Of a DNA stretch of 60,304 nt, positions 50,501 to 60,304 are shown one piece after another. A program made the position numbers and the translations under genes. The notes below the pieces were generated by a model. That model ran no database searches. It saw only the letters and a list, made by a program, of their open reading frames with translations, and was not told where the DNA came from. Origin of the DNA: Catajapyx aquilonaris (Eukaryota); the NCBI GenBank assembly GCA_000934665.2, contig JYFJ02002256.1, positions 1 through 60,304 of the forward strand, given 5' to 3'. Position 1 is the stretch's first letter. Each line of letters opens with the position of its first letter.

Positions 50501-51117
50501 ACCCCCACTCCCCCATTGTTTCGGATAATCGATGCTCCACTATAGGAGAAGGGCTTTTATTTGGTCAATGGTAATAATACAAGGTGATTCACTAGGTAGT
50601 TGATCCAAGTAAATGTGTGTCGTTCCAAAATGGACCGATTTCCGCAGTTTTGACTTGAATACGTCTTTAAAATATCTCCACTAAAGGGTTTGGAGGTCCT
50701 GCTCAAAAAGAACTGTGGCCACTATGACAACTTCTGTCCAATTTTGTTTCCATCAATGTAACATAATTGTCACACAGTTTCTCAATATTATTTGGAGTAA
50801 TTTGTCAGATAGATATATACACTGTGTTAATGAAATAAGTGCGCTTTTTTTTGCGGAGCGATAGAGGGGACCGAGACAAATATTTTTTACCCAGAAACCT
50901 GTGTATCTGAGAACCAATATAAATTATACCAGAACTAGTTGTTCACAGATTTAATATATTGATTTTTCATTCTAGCCATTACATGTTCAAGAAGAATGAG
51001 GCCATAATCAGCTTTTTTAACAACTTTGATAATTACCTTTGTGAGGAAGCGATGTGGCAGATATCAGAGACGATCAAGCCCAGGCAACCTAAGAAGAAGG
51101 TGTTAACTGATAACTAA
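17406..51117 (+). CDS. RAPGEF1: C3G / Rap guanine nucleotide exchange factor 1, 11 coding exons, ~1469 aa
   Basis: Exons 17406-17526, 20474-20766, 21808-22752, 23337-23664, 29384-29895, 30144-30327, 31784-32069, 42909-43546, 47233-47765, 48719-49146 and 50976-51117 sum to 4410 nt, in frame. Features: RRARSFKDD, five PPxxPxK/PPPKP Crk-SH3-type motifs, SQYDNV, REM domain (EIRGGTPNTLIVHAT/YQEAFLTTFRTF) and CDC25 domain (NNFNSYLALLSALDS, PCIPYIGLVLQDLTF). Confidence 0.95.
17954..18092. mobile_element. Short fold-back MITE with TTAA flanks (Kolobok-like)
   Basis: TTAA|aagagtatctttccac...gtggaaagatactcct|TTAA, arms about 55 bp. Confidence 0.7.
18981..19333 (+). mobile_element. tRNA-derived SINE
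   Basis: A box tggtgctgcgg, B box ggttcgatccc, A-rich tail, approximate TSD aatattg(g/a)atta(g/a)tt. Confidence 0.8.
19930..20130. mobile_element. hAT (Charlie-like) MITE
   Basis: gtataata|CAGTGGTTTCCAACC...GGTTGGAAATCACTG|gtataata, a perfect 8-bp TSD. A truncated relative lies at 46832-47020. Confidence 0.9.
20474..20766 (+). CDS. RAPGEF1: C3G exon
   Basis: KAKRLVRRARSFKDDLL...EFLLQQ|gtatac. Confidence 0.88.
21066..21555. mobile_element. Fold-back MITE with ~230-bp arms (Harbinger-like ends)
   Basis: cga|GGGAGCATA...TATGCTCCC|tga. The arms share tactacataagaggcgcaaacttcggtcggcgcctttgatgtctg. Confidence 0.8.
21808..22752 (+). CDS. RAPGEF1: C3G exon
   Basis: FELSLRYLKEVVNKDTLCMLPGSASVVLD...PPPKP...PPPLPPKRR...|gtcagt. 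Confidence 0.9.
23337..23664 (+). CDS. RAPGEF1: C3G acidic exon
   Basis: tttcag|QSSLEGELL...KPLST g|gtatgc, phase-compatible. Confidence 0.75.
24355..24748. mobile_element. Tc1/mariner-type MITE with ~115-bp TIRs
   Basis: TA|CAGGGTGGACCAACTTCAAGTGTCG...CGACACTTGAAGTTGGTCCACCCTG|TA. Confidence 0.9.
25866..26179. mobile_element. Tc1-type MITE with nested palindromic Harbinger-like MITE (25881-26028)
   Basis: Outer: TA|CAGGGTGT...ACACCCTG|TA. Inner: TAA|aggccagttgcacc...ggtgcaactggccc|TAA, almost fully palindromic. Confidence 0.8.
26787..27042. repeat. Degenerate inverted repeat (old MITE)
   Basis: gtaggaggccacgatagcgctgataagtg is inverted at cacttatcagcgctatcatggcctcctac. Confidence 0.6.
27546..28016. 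mobile_element. piggyBac-like MITE
   Basis: TTAA|CCCTT...ctacgtaggtggagcctgagaggctccaa...AAGGG|TTAA. A near-identical inverted partial copy lies at 38331-38575. Confidence 0.85.
28483..28609. mobile_element. Harbinger-like palindromic MITE
   Basis: tga|tgcctggttgcaccaacaaaattac...gtaattttgttggtgcaaccaggca|taa. Confidence 0.7.
28720..29184. mobile_element. pogo/Tigger-like MITE
   Basis: TA|CAGTAGAACCCCGATTATCC...GGATAAACGGAGTTCTACTG|TA. Confidence 0.85.
29384..29895 (+). CDS. RAPGEF1: C3G exon
   Basis: PPALPAKKR...RRKSQYDNVP|gtgagt. Confidence 0.88.
30144..30327 (+). CDS. RAPGEF1: C3G exon
   Basis: EVVMSED...PPPLPPKKKH a|gtaagt. Confidence 0.88.
31784..32069 (+). CDS. RAPGEF1: C3G exon
   Basis: (I)TAYMEMFG...FLHHHHHHHQ...|gtgagt. 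Confidence 0.88.
32187..32372. repeat. Dispersed repeat, inverted copy at 39071-39335
   Basis: Shared atgtcgtagc(t/c)ccatagcaaaattgg and cactcggcattagacacttcgcggtgatg in opposite orientations. Confidence 0.75.
33316..35454 (-). mobile_element. Non-autonomous Helitron, ~2.1 kb
   Basis: Minus strand has 5'-TC and 3'-CTAG ends with subterminal hairpin cccgt-tcttcgc-acggg. It sits between host A and T with no TSD. The empty site is reconstructed from the opposite MITE arm. Confidence 0.85.
34068..34284. mobile_element. hAT MITE inside the Helitron
   Basis: acgtaaag|CAGAGGTTCTTAACC...GGCTAAGAACCGCTG|acctaaag. Confidence 0.75.
35690..36052. repeat. AT-rich minisatellite built on palindromic GATTATAATC
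   Basis: Short gattataatca units grade into 34/45-bp units containing gattaataatgaaaaaccttgattataat, then (AAT/AAC)n. Confidence 0.9.
36138..38080. mobile_element. Internally deleted two-gene DNA transposon (THAP on +, SWIM on -), ISL2EU/Harbinger-like
   Basis: TIR c(a/t)attcgcaagcgcagc with aat flanks. THAP start KYCCVWQCNSR...IHGFQKD...REW at 36262-36400 (+). SWIM finger CTCKAGQSGKCKH at about 37633-37675 (-), preceded by HMICCG...IVAVCLQSS...KPHEVRL and followed by a gtgag donor. Confidence 0.75.
36455..36967. mobile_element. Nested MITE with ~75-bp TIRs
   Basis: cattacacttacggcatattcccaagatggggttac...cctgaccatctc is inverted at 36887-36967. Confidence 0.7.
39519..41260. mobile_element. 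1.7-kb non-autonomous element with ~215-bp TIRs and TA flanks
   Basis: ta|gcccctttggtagggtcaaactctgccacgaggtggc...gccacctcgtggcagagtttaaccctaccaaaggggt|ta. Confidence 0.85.
41303..42322. mobile_element. 1-kb near-perfect fold-back Tc1/mariner-type element
   Basis: TA|CAGGGTGGACGGAAAGTTT...AAACTTTCCGTCCACCCTG|TA. Arms about 470 bp, spacer about 70 bp. Confidence 0.92.
42909..43546 (+). CDS. RAPGEF1: C3G exon (start of REM domain)
   Basis: PPSLPPKRRR...LELDVSHRLMLKKPEEEGPEIRGGTPNTLIVHATKANRN g|gttagt. Confidence 0.9.
44023..45056. mobile_element. Tc1-type MITE with nested hAT element (44387-45010)
   Basis: Outer: TA|CAGGGTGTAAATGAAATAAG...CTTATTTCATTTACACCCTG|TA. Inner: tttatcag|TAGAGAACGGATTTCTAGG...CCTAGAAATCCGTTCTCTA|tttatcag (8-bp TSD). 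Confidence 0.85.
45077..45518. mobile_element. Tc1-type MITE with ~100-bp TIRs
   Basis: TA|CAGGGTGAAGGGAAACT...AGTTTCCCTTCACCCTG|TA. Confidence 0.88.
45527..46090. mobile_element. pogo/Tc2-like MITE with CCGTA termini
   Basis: TA|CCGTATTACCTCACATAAAGCGGCATGCCGG...CCGGCATGCCGCTTTATGTGAGGTAATATGG|TA. Confidence 0.85.
46351..46365 (+). CDS. RAPGEF1: Candidate 15-nt C3G microexon (EDAES)
   Basis: Pyrimidine/UGC-rich ...gatgctttag|aggatgcagagagtg|gtgagt. Phase 1-1, frame-preserving. Confidence 0.6.
47233..47765 (+). CDS. RAPGEF1: C3G exon (REM and start of CDC25)
   Basis: FLYQEAFLTTFRTF...LAEQMTLLD...FTEHFNK|gtcagt. Confidence 0.95.
48203..48567 (+). mobile_element. tRNA-derived SINE (copy 1)
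   Basis: B box ggttcgatccc and A-rich tail. Homologous to 52478-52831. Confidence 0.85.
48719..49146 (+). CDS. RAPGEF1: C3G exon (CDC25 RasGEF domain)
   Basis: VSYWARSRIL...PCIPYIGLVLQDLTFVHIGNPD...VNFAKRWQQFNIL. Confidence 0.95.
49335..50542. mobile_element. Tigger-like MITE with nested piggyBac-like element (49514-50332)
   Basis: Outer: TA|CAGTGGAGCATCAATTATCCGAA...TTCGGATAATCGATGCTCCACTa|TA. Inner: TTAA|CCCTAATAAGA...TCTTATTAGGG|TTCA. Confidence 0.8.
50976..51117 (+). CDS. RAPGEF1: C3G last coding exon
   Basis: tctag|(C)HYMFKKNEAIISFFNNFDNYLCEEAMWQISETIKPRQPKKKVLTDN*. Confidence 0.93.
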
Positions 51118-52477
51118 TAAAAAAGAACAAAAACCTTTCTTGGCATGGGGACAGACTTTGTCAATTTCTGCATGCCCCCTAACTCCCCAATGTTTGATTT
51201 GAACAAATAACAGTGTGTGTGTGTTGGAGAACTTTCTAGTCATACAACCTGGTTTAGTCAGGGAACAAAGAGAGGAAGGTACAAAACACACCTCTCTGGT
51301 TGTAATGTAAACCTTTTATACAATATTATTGTGTGGATATAAAGAAAATACTGAACTGTAAAAGCTACTTGTGAGACAGTAGACATGATTGTGGCCCGAG
51401 TTGTGACCTGACCTATGTTTGGTTGTGATACGACACCAGAGTGTTGATGTATGTGTGTATGTATGTGTGTCATAATTATATATGTGGGTGTGTGTGTGCG
51501 TGCACCTGCCTTCTAGGTAGGAGTGTAGGTGAATTTTAACTGCACTGCCTACCTGATGTCCTTTTAACCCATCCCTTGATGATGGACCAATCCCAAAATA
51601 TGTACCAGTGACCTCGCTTTCCATCCCTCGCTGCCTTCATTCTAGAGCTCAACATGTCCTTTATTGCTTTCCTGTTTTTTAATGCGGTCATGTTGTGATT
51701 TGGTCTGGTGAGTGACCTATGTGTGCCTCTGCAATGACTCGCTTTGTATCCTTTCTAGAGCATCATGTATCTATTACCTGGATATTAAATACCAGTGCAT
51801 AAAGTTGTGCTATGCTACTAAGCATGTCTTTTTTTTTGCATTTTGATATTTTTACAGGAACATTAAAGCAGGATGTCAGCAGTAGGCCTACCAAAGCTTC
51901 ATTGAAGAGTCATGGATTTAATAGGGTCATTCCACATGAGCTCAATACAAGATTAGCCCTTGGTGTCGCAGATTGAGTTATTTTGTAATGTGGAACTACT
52001 CAACCCTAAACAAACGTTCCTATGGCCATTCTGAAATAAATTGTAGTGAAGTTACAGGGGATTAATATTCGCGATTTTTTGCAAATTTGATGCTGAACTT
52101 CATGTGAAAGGTGATCATACCTCCCTGAATATTGACTGCAGAGTTGAAAGAGAGCTTAACTTAATAGACTAGTAAAAGTGCAAGGAACAGATGTATACCA
52201 TTGTAGACCATTTACCTCTTGCTTCTCAACATTTGTTGCTTCCATATCTGTGGGCGATATTTTACCTGGAAGGGTGGGGGGGGGGGGGTGGTCTGTACAA
52301 AGGCACACTGCGACTGAGTCGAGTGATCGAATGGCCAACTGTCCGTAGGCATAATAGCCTACTACACCGGTACGACCTTCGTACTGTGTATAAGATGTTG
52401 CAAGAAACCCATCCTGAAATTTGCTACATGACAGTGGCTCGTTTTCATCTGAGTGAACCTTATATTCGTATAAACGT

Positions 52478-52831
52478 GGGGAGGTGTGGTGGCCGTGATG
52501 GTAACGTCTCGGCTTGCTGAGTGAAAGGCCCCAGGTTCGATCCCCGCCTGGGCAACTTTCCTTTCACCTGCGTCAGGAGGGTCTCTGACCTGCACCAAGG
52601 AGGTGTCTGGCAACCTAGCCTCCTGGGGAACAGCACATGACCCCTTTACCGACATTGCACTTGCACCAATGTTCCCTCCCCAAAAATCCCTATCCTTTCC
52701 CATTGTCCTTGTTTCCTTGCACCGGTGAATGAAATGGAAAATATACAGAAAACTGATGGTGGTATGCCACCCCCCGAAGCAGGACGTAATGTACTGAGCA
52801 AGGGGTAGTGAAATATATATATAAAAAAAAA
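52478..52831 (+). mobile_element. tRNA-derived SINE (copy 2)
   Basis: A and B boxes, A tail, perfect 16-bp TSD atattcgtataaacgt. Confidence 0.9.
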
Positions 52832-53002
52832 ATATTCGTATAAACGTTTGCCGAAATAATTCTTATTCAGGTAATGCACATGCCCATTGGGCATGTCATT
52901 GCAAGCTATTCTGAGACCAGCCCCCTGACACTTTTATCCCAGGCAGGTGTCTCAGACTCTACTGGCCATCTGGAGGGATGCAATCAAACATCTGTTAACA
53001 AG

Positions 53003-53321
53003 TAGTCCCGCCGTATCCGTGGGGGATTAGTTCGCGACCTTCCGCGCATACAAAATTCAGCGGACGCTCAAGTACTGTACTTACTTTGTGGTGTGTTCGT
53101 GTGTAGGCCTCCATGCATATAACTTATTCATTTCCTCCCGTAAACTTCACATTATCTCTAGAACTCTTGTAATACCTAATACAATGTAGATGCTGTGTGC
53201 GGCAAATTCACGTTTTGCTTTTCGGAAATTCGTGTTTTTTTTCCCTAATACGTATTTTCGATCCTCTGCTCGTTGAATCCGCTGATATGAAACCAGCGGA
53301 TAGACTTAGTGGGCCAACAGT
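53003..53321. mobile_element. Tigger-like MITE remnant
   Basis: tagtcccgccgtatccgtggggg...cgtattttcgatcctctgctcgttgaatccgctgat, typical Tigger subterminal sequence. Confidence 0.55.
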
Positions 53322-54889
53322 AGAAATGCATATAGGAAAGAACAAACACCGGTGAACTGAGAAGTCCTGCCAGGTATTAAACTTGTGCCATGCTGCATGC
53401 ACCGTCCAACCGTTAAAAAATGTCTCCCGCAGATTTGATAATAGGAGCTCCCAATCTCCCAGTGGGCCAAGCCGAATGCCTGCCTGGAATCTACAAGTCA
53501 AATGAGGCCACTTTTACGTAGACCAGGTATAAATTGTAGCCTTCCAGCAGGGAGCAACAAACAGTCGTTTAGGACGCAATGGACAGGTGGAAATTAAGTG
53601 GTGAAATGGATACCAGAATCAATTCATTATTCTTTCATAATTATACTATTGTAGTATAATGCTGCACGCATGCTTATGAATGGCCTAGACCCTAGACCTA
53701 GAGAACCTAGAGAACCTTCTCCTGCAACTATGCAAGAAAATCATATCAATATTTATGGGTGTGTTACAGAGGGAATATGTTTACAAAAATTTTGAAACAC
53801 TTGCACGTTCGGTTGTTCCGCAAATGGATACGTAACTTATGTGCAGAATTGATTTGTTACGTGGTTTCCCGTTATTATTTGAAAACACTTCCGGATCGTG
53901 GACGGAGTATCCCCACACTCATGTTATTAATTGGTACGTTTATTGTAGCAAAAAAGGAATAAGAAAGATAATGGACAAGAGTGTCACTTATACAAATGTG
54001 GTGATAAACTTAATAATAATTTTATAACAATGCTGCGACGAGGTCTGATACTTTCTACAACATAATAATTACTACAAAATAATTGTGCTCTTCATAAATG
54101 TTTCCCATAAATTTAATTTTTGGGTGCCCCCAATTAAACAATTCACTTTGTGTGTTTGTGAGCGTTGCCTCACTGTGAAATTATGTGTGACGCTTTATGC
54201 AGATGAGAGCATAAAATAGGGACTGAATTTTGCTGCACTGCAGCACGATATTTATTTCTGCCGTCACCAAACGAAGAATGTTGACATGAAAATGACAATT
54301 TTTTTAGCATTGGTTAGTGAAGGTGGATACACAAGGCCATTTTTTCCTCATATGATAATTATGATCTACTTGGGGTAGGATGAGCTCTTACATTTTTCTC
54401 TCGTCGCCATCAACAGCCGGTTAAAAATACTAGGGGTGGCCAATGTTCCCCCGTTCTCCCTTGCATTTTCCGAATAGTAACACGTGAATAAAAACACTAA
54501 TATGCCTATTTAATAACATTGGTGCCTAAAATTAAAGGTCAAAAACTGCCTTGAATACGGATGCAAATATAATGTTGTTCCTAAGTGATTTTTTAAATTA
54601 CTGTTGTCCGCGGAAAAAGCCCACACTACTTCTAGCATACAGCAACAAGTCTATGTATACTGTACTGCATGATCAACATGCATAGTGGCTCCTGGTTTAT
54701 GTGTTATCACGTCGGGCTTGCCTATTTCTGGCTAACTTGTAAGCGATACAGGATGTGAAATCTCGCTTGAAGGGGGTGGCTCGCGTGGGGTGGCCTGCAC
54801 ATGCCTGTCTCCCCTCTGCGTATGCCGAAATAGAGAGCAATGAAATACGACGGGCAGGGACCACTACAAGATGGTAGTGTACTCTTTAG

Positions 54890-55113
54890 CAGAGCTGGGC
54901 AAGCTAACCGAAATTTTAGCTCAGCTAACTTCCGCTAACAGCTAATTCGGTTAGTAAACCGTGGGCGGCGCTAAATTGCTAATGATAAACAGCTAGAATT
55001 ATTAGGGGGGTTTCCACTAACCTTTCTATCTGTTAAGCATTAACGATTTGGTGATGTCCATGGTTTTTCTGAGCAAGTTAGCTGTTGTCGAAAGTTAGCT
55101 GTGCCCACCTCTG
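54890..55113. mobile_element. hAT MITE
   Basis: ctctttag|CAGAGCTGGGCA...TGCCCACCTCTG|ctctttag (8-bp TSD), with internal gctaac repeats. Confidence 0.88.
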
Positions 55114-58100
55114 CTCTTTAGCATCATGGATGTGCAAAAAGAATCCGGGCACTTCCGGGGATTCCATTCAAAAATTATCGGAATCGGAAAGTTTCAATAC
55201 AATATTCAAATTTTCTGTGCCTGCAATATATTATTGTTTTTAAACACGCAAAAGCTTTCGTTTGCTGGTACTGCACTGATACATTCTAGTACTGTACTCT
55301 ACGTTAGTATGTCATCAGTCTTATCACTTATCAGTAACATACTGTACCATCAGATGTCCATTCGTTCACCAACCTATGCAGACCTAAAGGGCCCTAAAAA
55401 ACTGTTTCCGAGTAATACCAGACTATTTCATGGAGCCTGTGTAACTTAATAATATTATTGTAACGCCTTTGTCTTTTCCGAGCAATAAATCAGAAAAGAG
55501 GAGTGGTTTATATTTCGAAAGGATCGGTTGGGGGCTAATTAAACTTGTCAGGGACGATGAAACCCATGCCGGGCTCTGGAAAATATGGTTCAACGTCATC
55601 AGGAAACCTACATTTTCACTTTTCTTACAGTCTTGAACCATTAGGAGATATTTACCTGAAGTTTAGTTAGAACAAGAAATGTACACAGTCCTTAGAATAT
55701 ACATACTTTGGAATTACAATATTATTGTAGCAATTACCGAAACACTTTTAGTCGGGAGCAGCTCTGTCTATTGGTAAGGCCTTTAGTTGGGTATTTACTT
55801 TTTTCAAGTAACGGGGTTTATGATTATGAAAATCACATTATTTGTATGTGATCTTGGGTGACGGCAAGATTTTGCACATTTCCATTAAATTATTATTATT
55901 TAAACATTTCTTGCCTGAAGGTGTCTCATGTGTCACATCCCATGTTCATATGAAGTAGAAGGCTAGGTCACTTCGTTGAAATGAGGGATGCATATTATGA
56001 TGCAATTTTATCACATTGTTTTGTCCATCCATTACATCTTAAATGTGTCATCCTGTAACTCTGATGGGAGGCAGAAACATGCCTTATACAGGAATGCCAC
56101 GACATCCTGCTACTCAATATATTTTTTTTCTTTCAATAAATTGCTCGTAATAGTTTATGTACCGTATACTTAATGCCAAAGCGACTAGTAGGAAAGTTTC
56201 CGTTTTTATGCAGTAGATGAAGCGTTGCCTACTTTCAATTTTTACATAATTATACGCTCTAAATTTCCTCCCGACAAAGATGCTCAAGACGTGCTCCGTT
56301 GAAGAGTTTAAATAGAGTTAGATATTTGTAGTCAGGAAGTTGAGCACAGGGAAAAGCAGAAGCACAGATTGACTCTGAATGCATGTAAATCAGGAGCAAA
56401 GTCAAATGGCTGTTTGGAATAGGGAATTGAGCTTTTCCGGGGCTCCATTTGGGATTATAAACGGCTTGGACGGAGGCCTTTATTCCCCCTCCCCTAAGAA
56501 AGCCAAGGGGGGTGGGTGGGTGGGAATTATTTACAGGGAGGGGGTACTGTGGGTTTTGTGTCCAATGTTGCTTGGCATTTGGATGGCGAGTCCCCTCGCT
56601 GGCTGGCTGGCTGGCTGGCTGGCTCTTACATTTGGCGTGACGGCCACAAATAAGGAATAGGCTATTTTGATCGAGCTAAAGGAGAACGGGAACCGGAGCA
56701 AGGGACGATGCCTGATTAGACTTGCAAGTGGAATTATAAGGGCCATCCTTCGCTCCAAATGCAAATGGACCCATTTTAAGGGAGCGAGCTAGCTTCAGGA
56801 GAGATAACTGCATGCAGATATAGACTCTAGGCCACCTACTATACGTATAGCTACAGCATAGCCAATATGTCGGCCATCCCATGCTGAAGAGAGTTACCAG
56901 TTGCCATAAAAAAGAGGGGCTAAATGATGGTTATGCGGAAATCAGAGTAAATAAGGACTTTTGCAACAACAAAAAAAGTACGTGATGGGTGAGCAGGTTG
57001 AAGGGAGTTGGGAACGATGTCAATTTGTTTTGGCCGCCCGGCAAAGTTCAATGGAGGGGGTAAAGCATTAATGTCTTGAACTTTGCTTTCAAGTTTTTTT
57101 GTCACCGTGCAACTCAATTAGTTTCCGGAAAAGGGTCCTTCAAAGTGGAAATCCCGGATCCACGCTCCATGATGTGCCCGGGTTGGACTCTTACACTTCA
57201 AGTGGCTAATTTGACCTCTTCATGACTCACCTGATCAGTTCCGCAAACTCATCGATATCTGTGATGCTGTAAAGGCTTCCTAGTAAAGAGAAATATTAGC
57301 CTACTATGCAATTTATATTCTTTTAGAAACTTAGCAGGTGAGTTCATCTCTTCAAATATCTATACACTTACAGGATGAGGACGGTATGCTTTCGTGATGC
57401 GAAAAGAAGCGATAACTGAATGGATGCATGTTTTCGAAACTGGGAGGACAGACCACCACCCGTTACTGGGTAATTAATGAATTATGTCACGAATGTCGGG
57501 ACAAAGCCCTTCGTGCCTGCTTTTCGACTTAATTCTCACACTACTGCCTCCTTCCTGCCTCTTAATTGGGTGCCCGCAAATAACGGAGCTGCGCTTCCGT
57601 TTGACTTTTCTTATTTATTTTTTTGCAGTTTCACTGGAAGCCTTCGGGATTTTAGGATGAGCCGCGTTGGACGGGACTAGGCCAAACTGTACCGTACCTT
57701 ATTTTGTTCAAAACAAAGGCTGAGCAGCTACCTTTGTACATACAGCATCTCCGCCTGCACCCAGAACTTATTTGACTATGCATATTCCTGTCGAAGATAA
57801 AGAAAACCCTTGGTGCCAGTTGCTGAGATTTGGGACAAATCTCTGAGGTCCCGAGTCTTTAATAAAGAGTCGTGTATTTAATAAAATATTTTCTAAAATG
57901 CCTATATTGGGAGAAACACTCCTAAAATGTGGTTTCGGATGATGGTCCCGGGTGCACTCAATTTTGACAAATCTGACCTAAGTTGGGTGACAGTTATTTC
58001 ATGTAGTTTCCGACAGCAGCAGGTATTTAATACAAACTTAGTCATGGTACCTCAGCTCTTTTAATCAGCCTCTGGTAAATTAGGAGTAATTAATAACTTA

Positions 58101-59930
58101 GCGTCATATAAATCATTATATAATTGCAGTCTTATCTCAATCAACTAAGCATAACACTTCACTCCATACATGCAAAATACCAGCCAATGCCCCCAGTTTT
58201 GTCTCCTGCCTCTTTCTTATCCTGGCCAACTCCAGAAGGCCTTTGCTCCACATCACAAGCGTTTGCCGGTAGACGGTAATCCTCCAGCAAATTGGACTCG
58301 TGTGCAAATGGCCTACAATGAGAAAAGACGGGCTAAAGAGTGTCTGTTAATTATCCTTGGGGCCAGTACGTGCAGGATGCCAATTAGTGCCTACACGCGC
58401 CTGAATGTAGAGTGCAGGTCAACCTTTTCACACCGTAAGTATATCCTATAGGCCTATACCATGACAAAGCTGGAGCATGGTGGTAATGGGGAGAGAAGGT
58501 GAAGAGGAGGGTGGAGGGTGAAATCTGAGAGGGAAAGAGAAAAGCGCCAAAAGTTGATGCGGTCAGGCGATTGAGCATCTTTGCTAGTGTTGGGTGGGAA
58601 AATGTTGGCACAATTTTTGTGGACGCTACTGACACCGGTATTATAACTAGGGTAGCCTAGTAGCAGCAGAAAGGAAGGATGGAGAAGGGTTAAAATGGCG
58701 CTTGATGGAGGACACAAGATGGATGGACCCCCTCCAGGGTTGGAACTAGCTTTCCGACTATCATCATCATCATCATTTGTGAAGCGAACAAAAGCCTTTG
58801 AAGAGGCCTTTTGAAAAGGAGAATGAAGAAGCACGCGGGGGAAAAAAAAAAGTCAAGTGCTGGTAGCTCGGTACACTCAGTTCCCCAAAATGCGCCGAGC
58901 TTTTCGCGAATATCAGCGGGCAGCCAGAAATTCTAGCCTGGACTTAGGTCTATGCAATGAATAGATCGAAATTAGTAGACTTTTAATATGGAGTGCGAAA
59001 CATCTCCACCCGTTACCTATATGATTCATTGGTGACGTAGCATGACGGATGAAAATGCATGAAATCTCAAATATTGGCATGGATTAATACTAGTAATTGC
59101 TAATTATGTAGCCTACTGTTGGTATATTGAAGTAGTGAGAACATTTCACAAGAGATTATTATTATTGAGTAGAAGTTTCCATTTTTCTCAGCCATATCCA
59201 CCCATTGCCACCTATTCACTGAGGATCCCCTTTGCACACTCAGCTCTCACCATTGGGCATATTATTATTAAGTATGACACAGTCATAAAATGTTGCGTCA
59301 TATCGTGTGATGAATAGAATGCTAATTTCTTCTCGACACTAACTTGTGTCTTGCAGCGATTATAACACTACCTACGTCATACCATGCCAATTGCTGGCTA
59401 TCACACGTGGTCTTTTAATCAAAAAGGAAAAGAAAGATTGTGGAAAGTGAGTGTTAGGATTGAGAGTGATCATAATATTGGAGCTCAATGGGTGGAAAAG
59501 TGCTAATGCAATCTACAAAATGTCGTGAGATAAAGAGAAAGACAACTCGTGTTCAAAGAAATGTAGAACATTGTGTCATTTTGCTTATTTTCTCAACAAC
59601 CTACCGAAATATTGCCATCACATTGAATTAGACATCTAATAGGCTACTGTCTGAGGGAAGGTGCGGTAGAAAAAAACAAAAGTTTATTATAAGGAAATTA
59701 GCTTTCTCCATGGCTTTGTAGGCCTACTACTGTACGAGTATATCCTGTTCATGTGGAAGATTTTCGATGGATTCTCCCGTTTCACTACCAAAAACCCATC
59801 ACACGAATCCCTGAGTTGCTTTGGCACAACCAACAAACCAAACCAAACCAATATCCTGTTCATACCACTCTGTGACTGTTTTACATGATCAGGATTCTCT
59901 GTCATTAACATGCATATAATTTTTCTTGTA

Positions 59931-60304
59931 CGAGGGCGAATCAGAAATTAATTGAAAACTTTTTAATTCAGAAGTTTCACTAGAGAAACTGAAACTGAGA
60001 TATACATATGAAAGGGCAAGGCTTCCTCTAATTTTAGACATTAGTCATCATACACTTTGGTGCATTTGTCCCAGCGGGACACTAGCTTTTCCATACCCCT
60101 GCAGAAATGAAGCGTCAGACTGGGTGGGAAGCCAGTGGGGGATGGCCTCTTTCACTTCCTCGATGTCGCTGCAGTTCTGACCTGCCAGGTGCTTCTTCAT
60201 TGGTCCAAAGAAATGGTTTTAACCATGGTCTACCATCTCTTTGGACCAATGAAGAAGCACCTGGCAGGTCAGAACTTCAGCGACATCGAGGAAGTGAAAG
60301 AGGC
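59931..60304. mobile_element. Mariner-derived fold-back element (two inverted transposase 3' ends), truncated by window edge
   Basis: TA|CGAGGGC terminus. Minus strand: LFGPMKKHLAGQNCSDIEEVKEAI...GMEKLVSRWDKC. Plus strand from about 60231: YHLFGPMKKHLAGQNFSDIEEVKE. Confidence 0.88.

Noticed and set aside
56379..59911. Short ORFs in the distal region as exons of a further gene
   Set aside because: No recognisable motifs and no consistent spliced frame could be assembled by eye.

Overview
This is a eukaryotic, intron-rich and repeat-dense window. It is most likely arthropod, probably insect (inferred from the C3G sequence and TE content). Three host genes lie on the + strand: (1) a 7-exon SGLT-type SLC5 sodium/glucose cotransporter (4023-11714, about 679 aa); (2) a small 2-exon gene with IER/SERTA-like N- and C-terminal motifs (14519-15788, about 145 aa); (3) an 11-exon C3G/RAPGEF1 Rap1 GEF (17406-51117, about 1469 aa) with a candidate 15-nt microexon. 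Introns and intergenic DNA are packed with non-autonomous DNA elements (Tc1/mariner, pogo/Tigger, hAT, piggyBac, Harbinger, Sola and Kolobok-like MITEs, many fold-back and nested), Helitron-like elements and tRNA-derived SINEs. Decayed TE coding fragments include YqaJ exonuclease, THAP, SWIM, hAT and mariner pieces. The most notable observations are: a strongly over-represented TAGGCCTA/TAGCCTA motif that two paired comparisons suggest is an insertion scar at TA; a two-gene transposon whose inverted repeats supply the same MAATRGP start to both convergent genes; the IER-like gene; and the C3G microexon. I found no clearly new multi-gene system. All calls come from manual reading without database searches.
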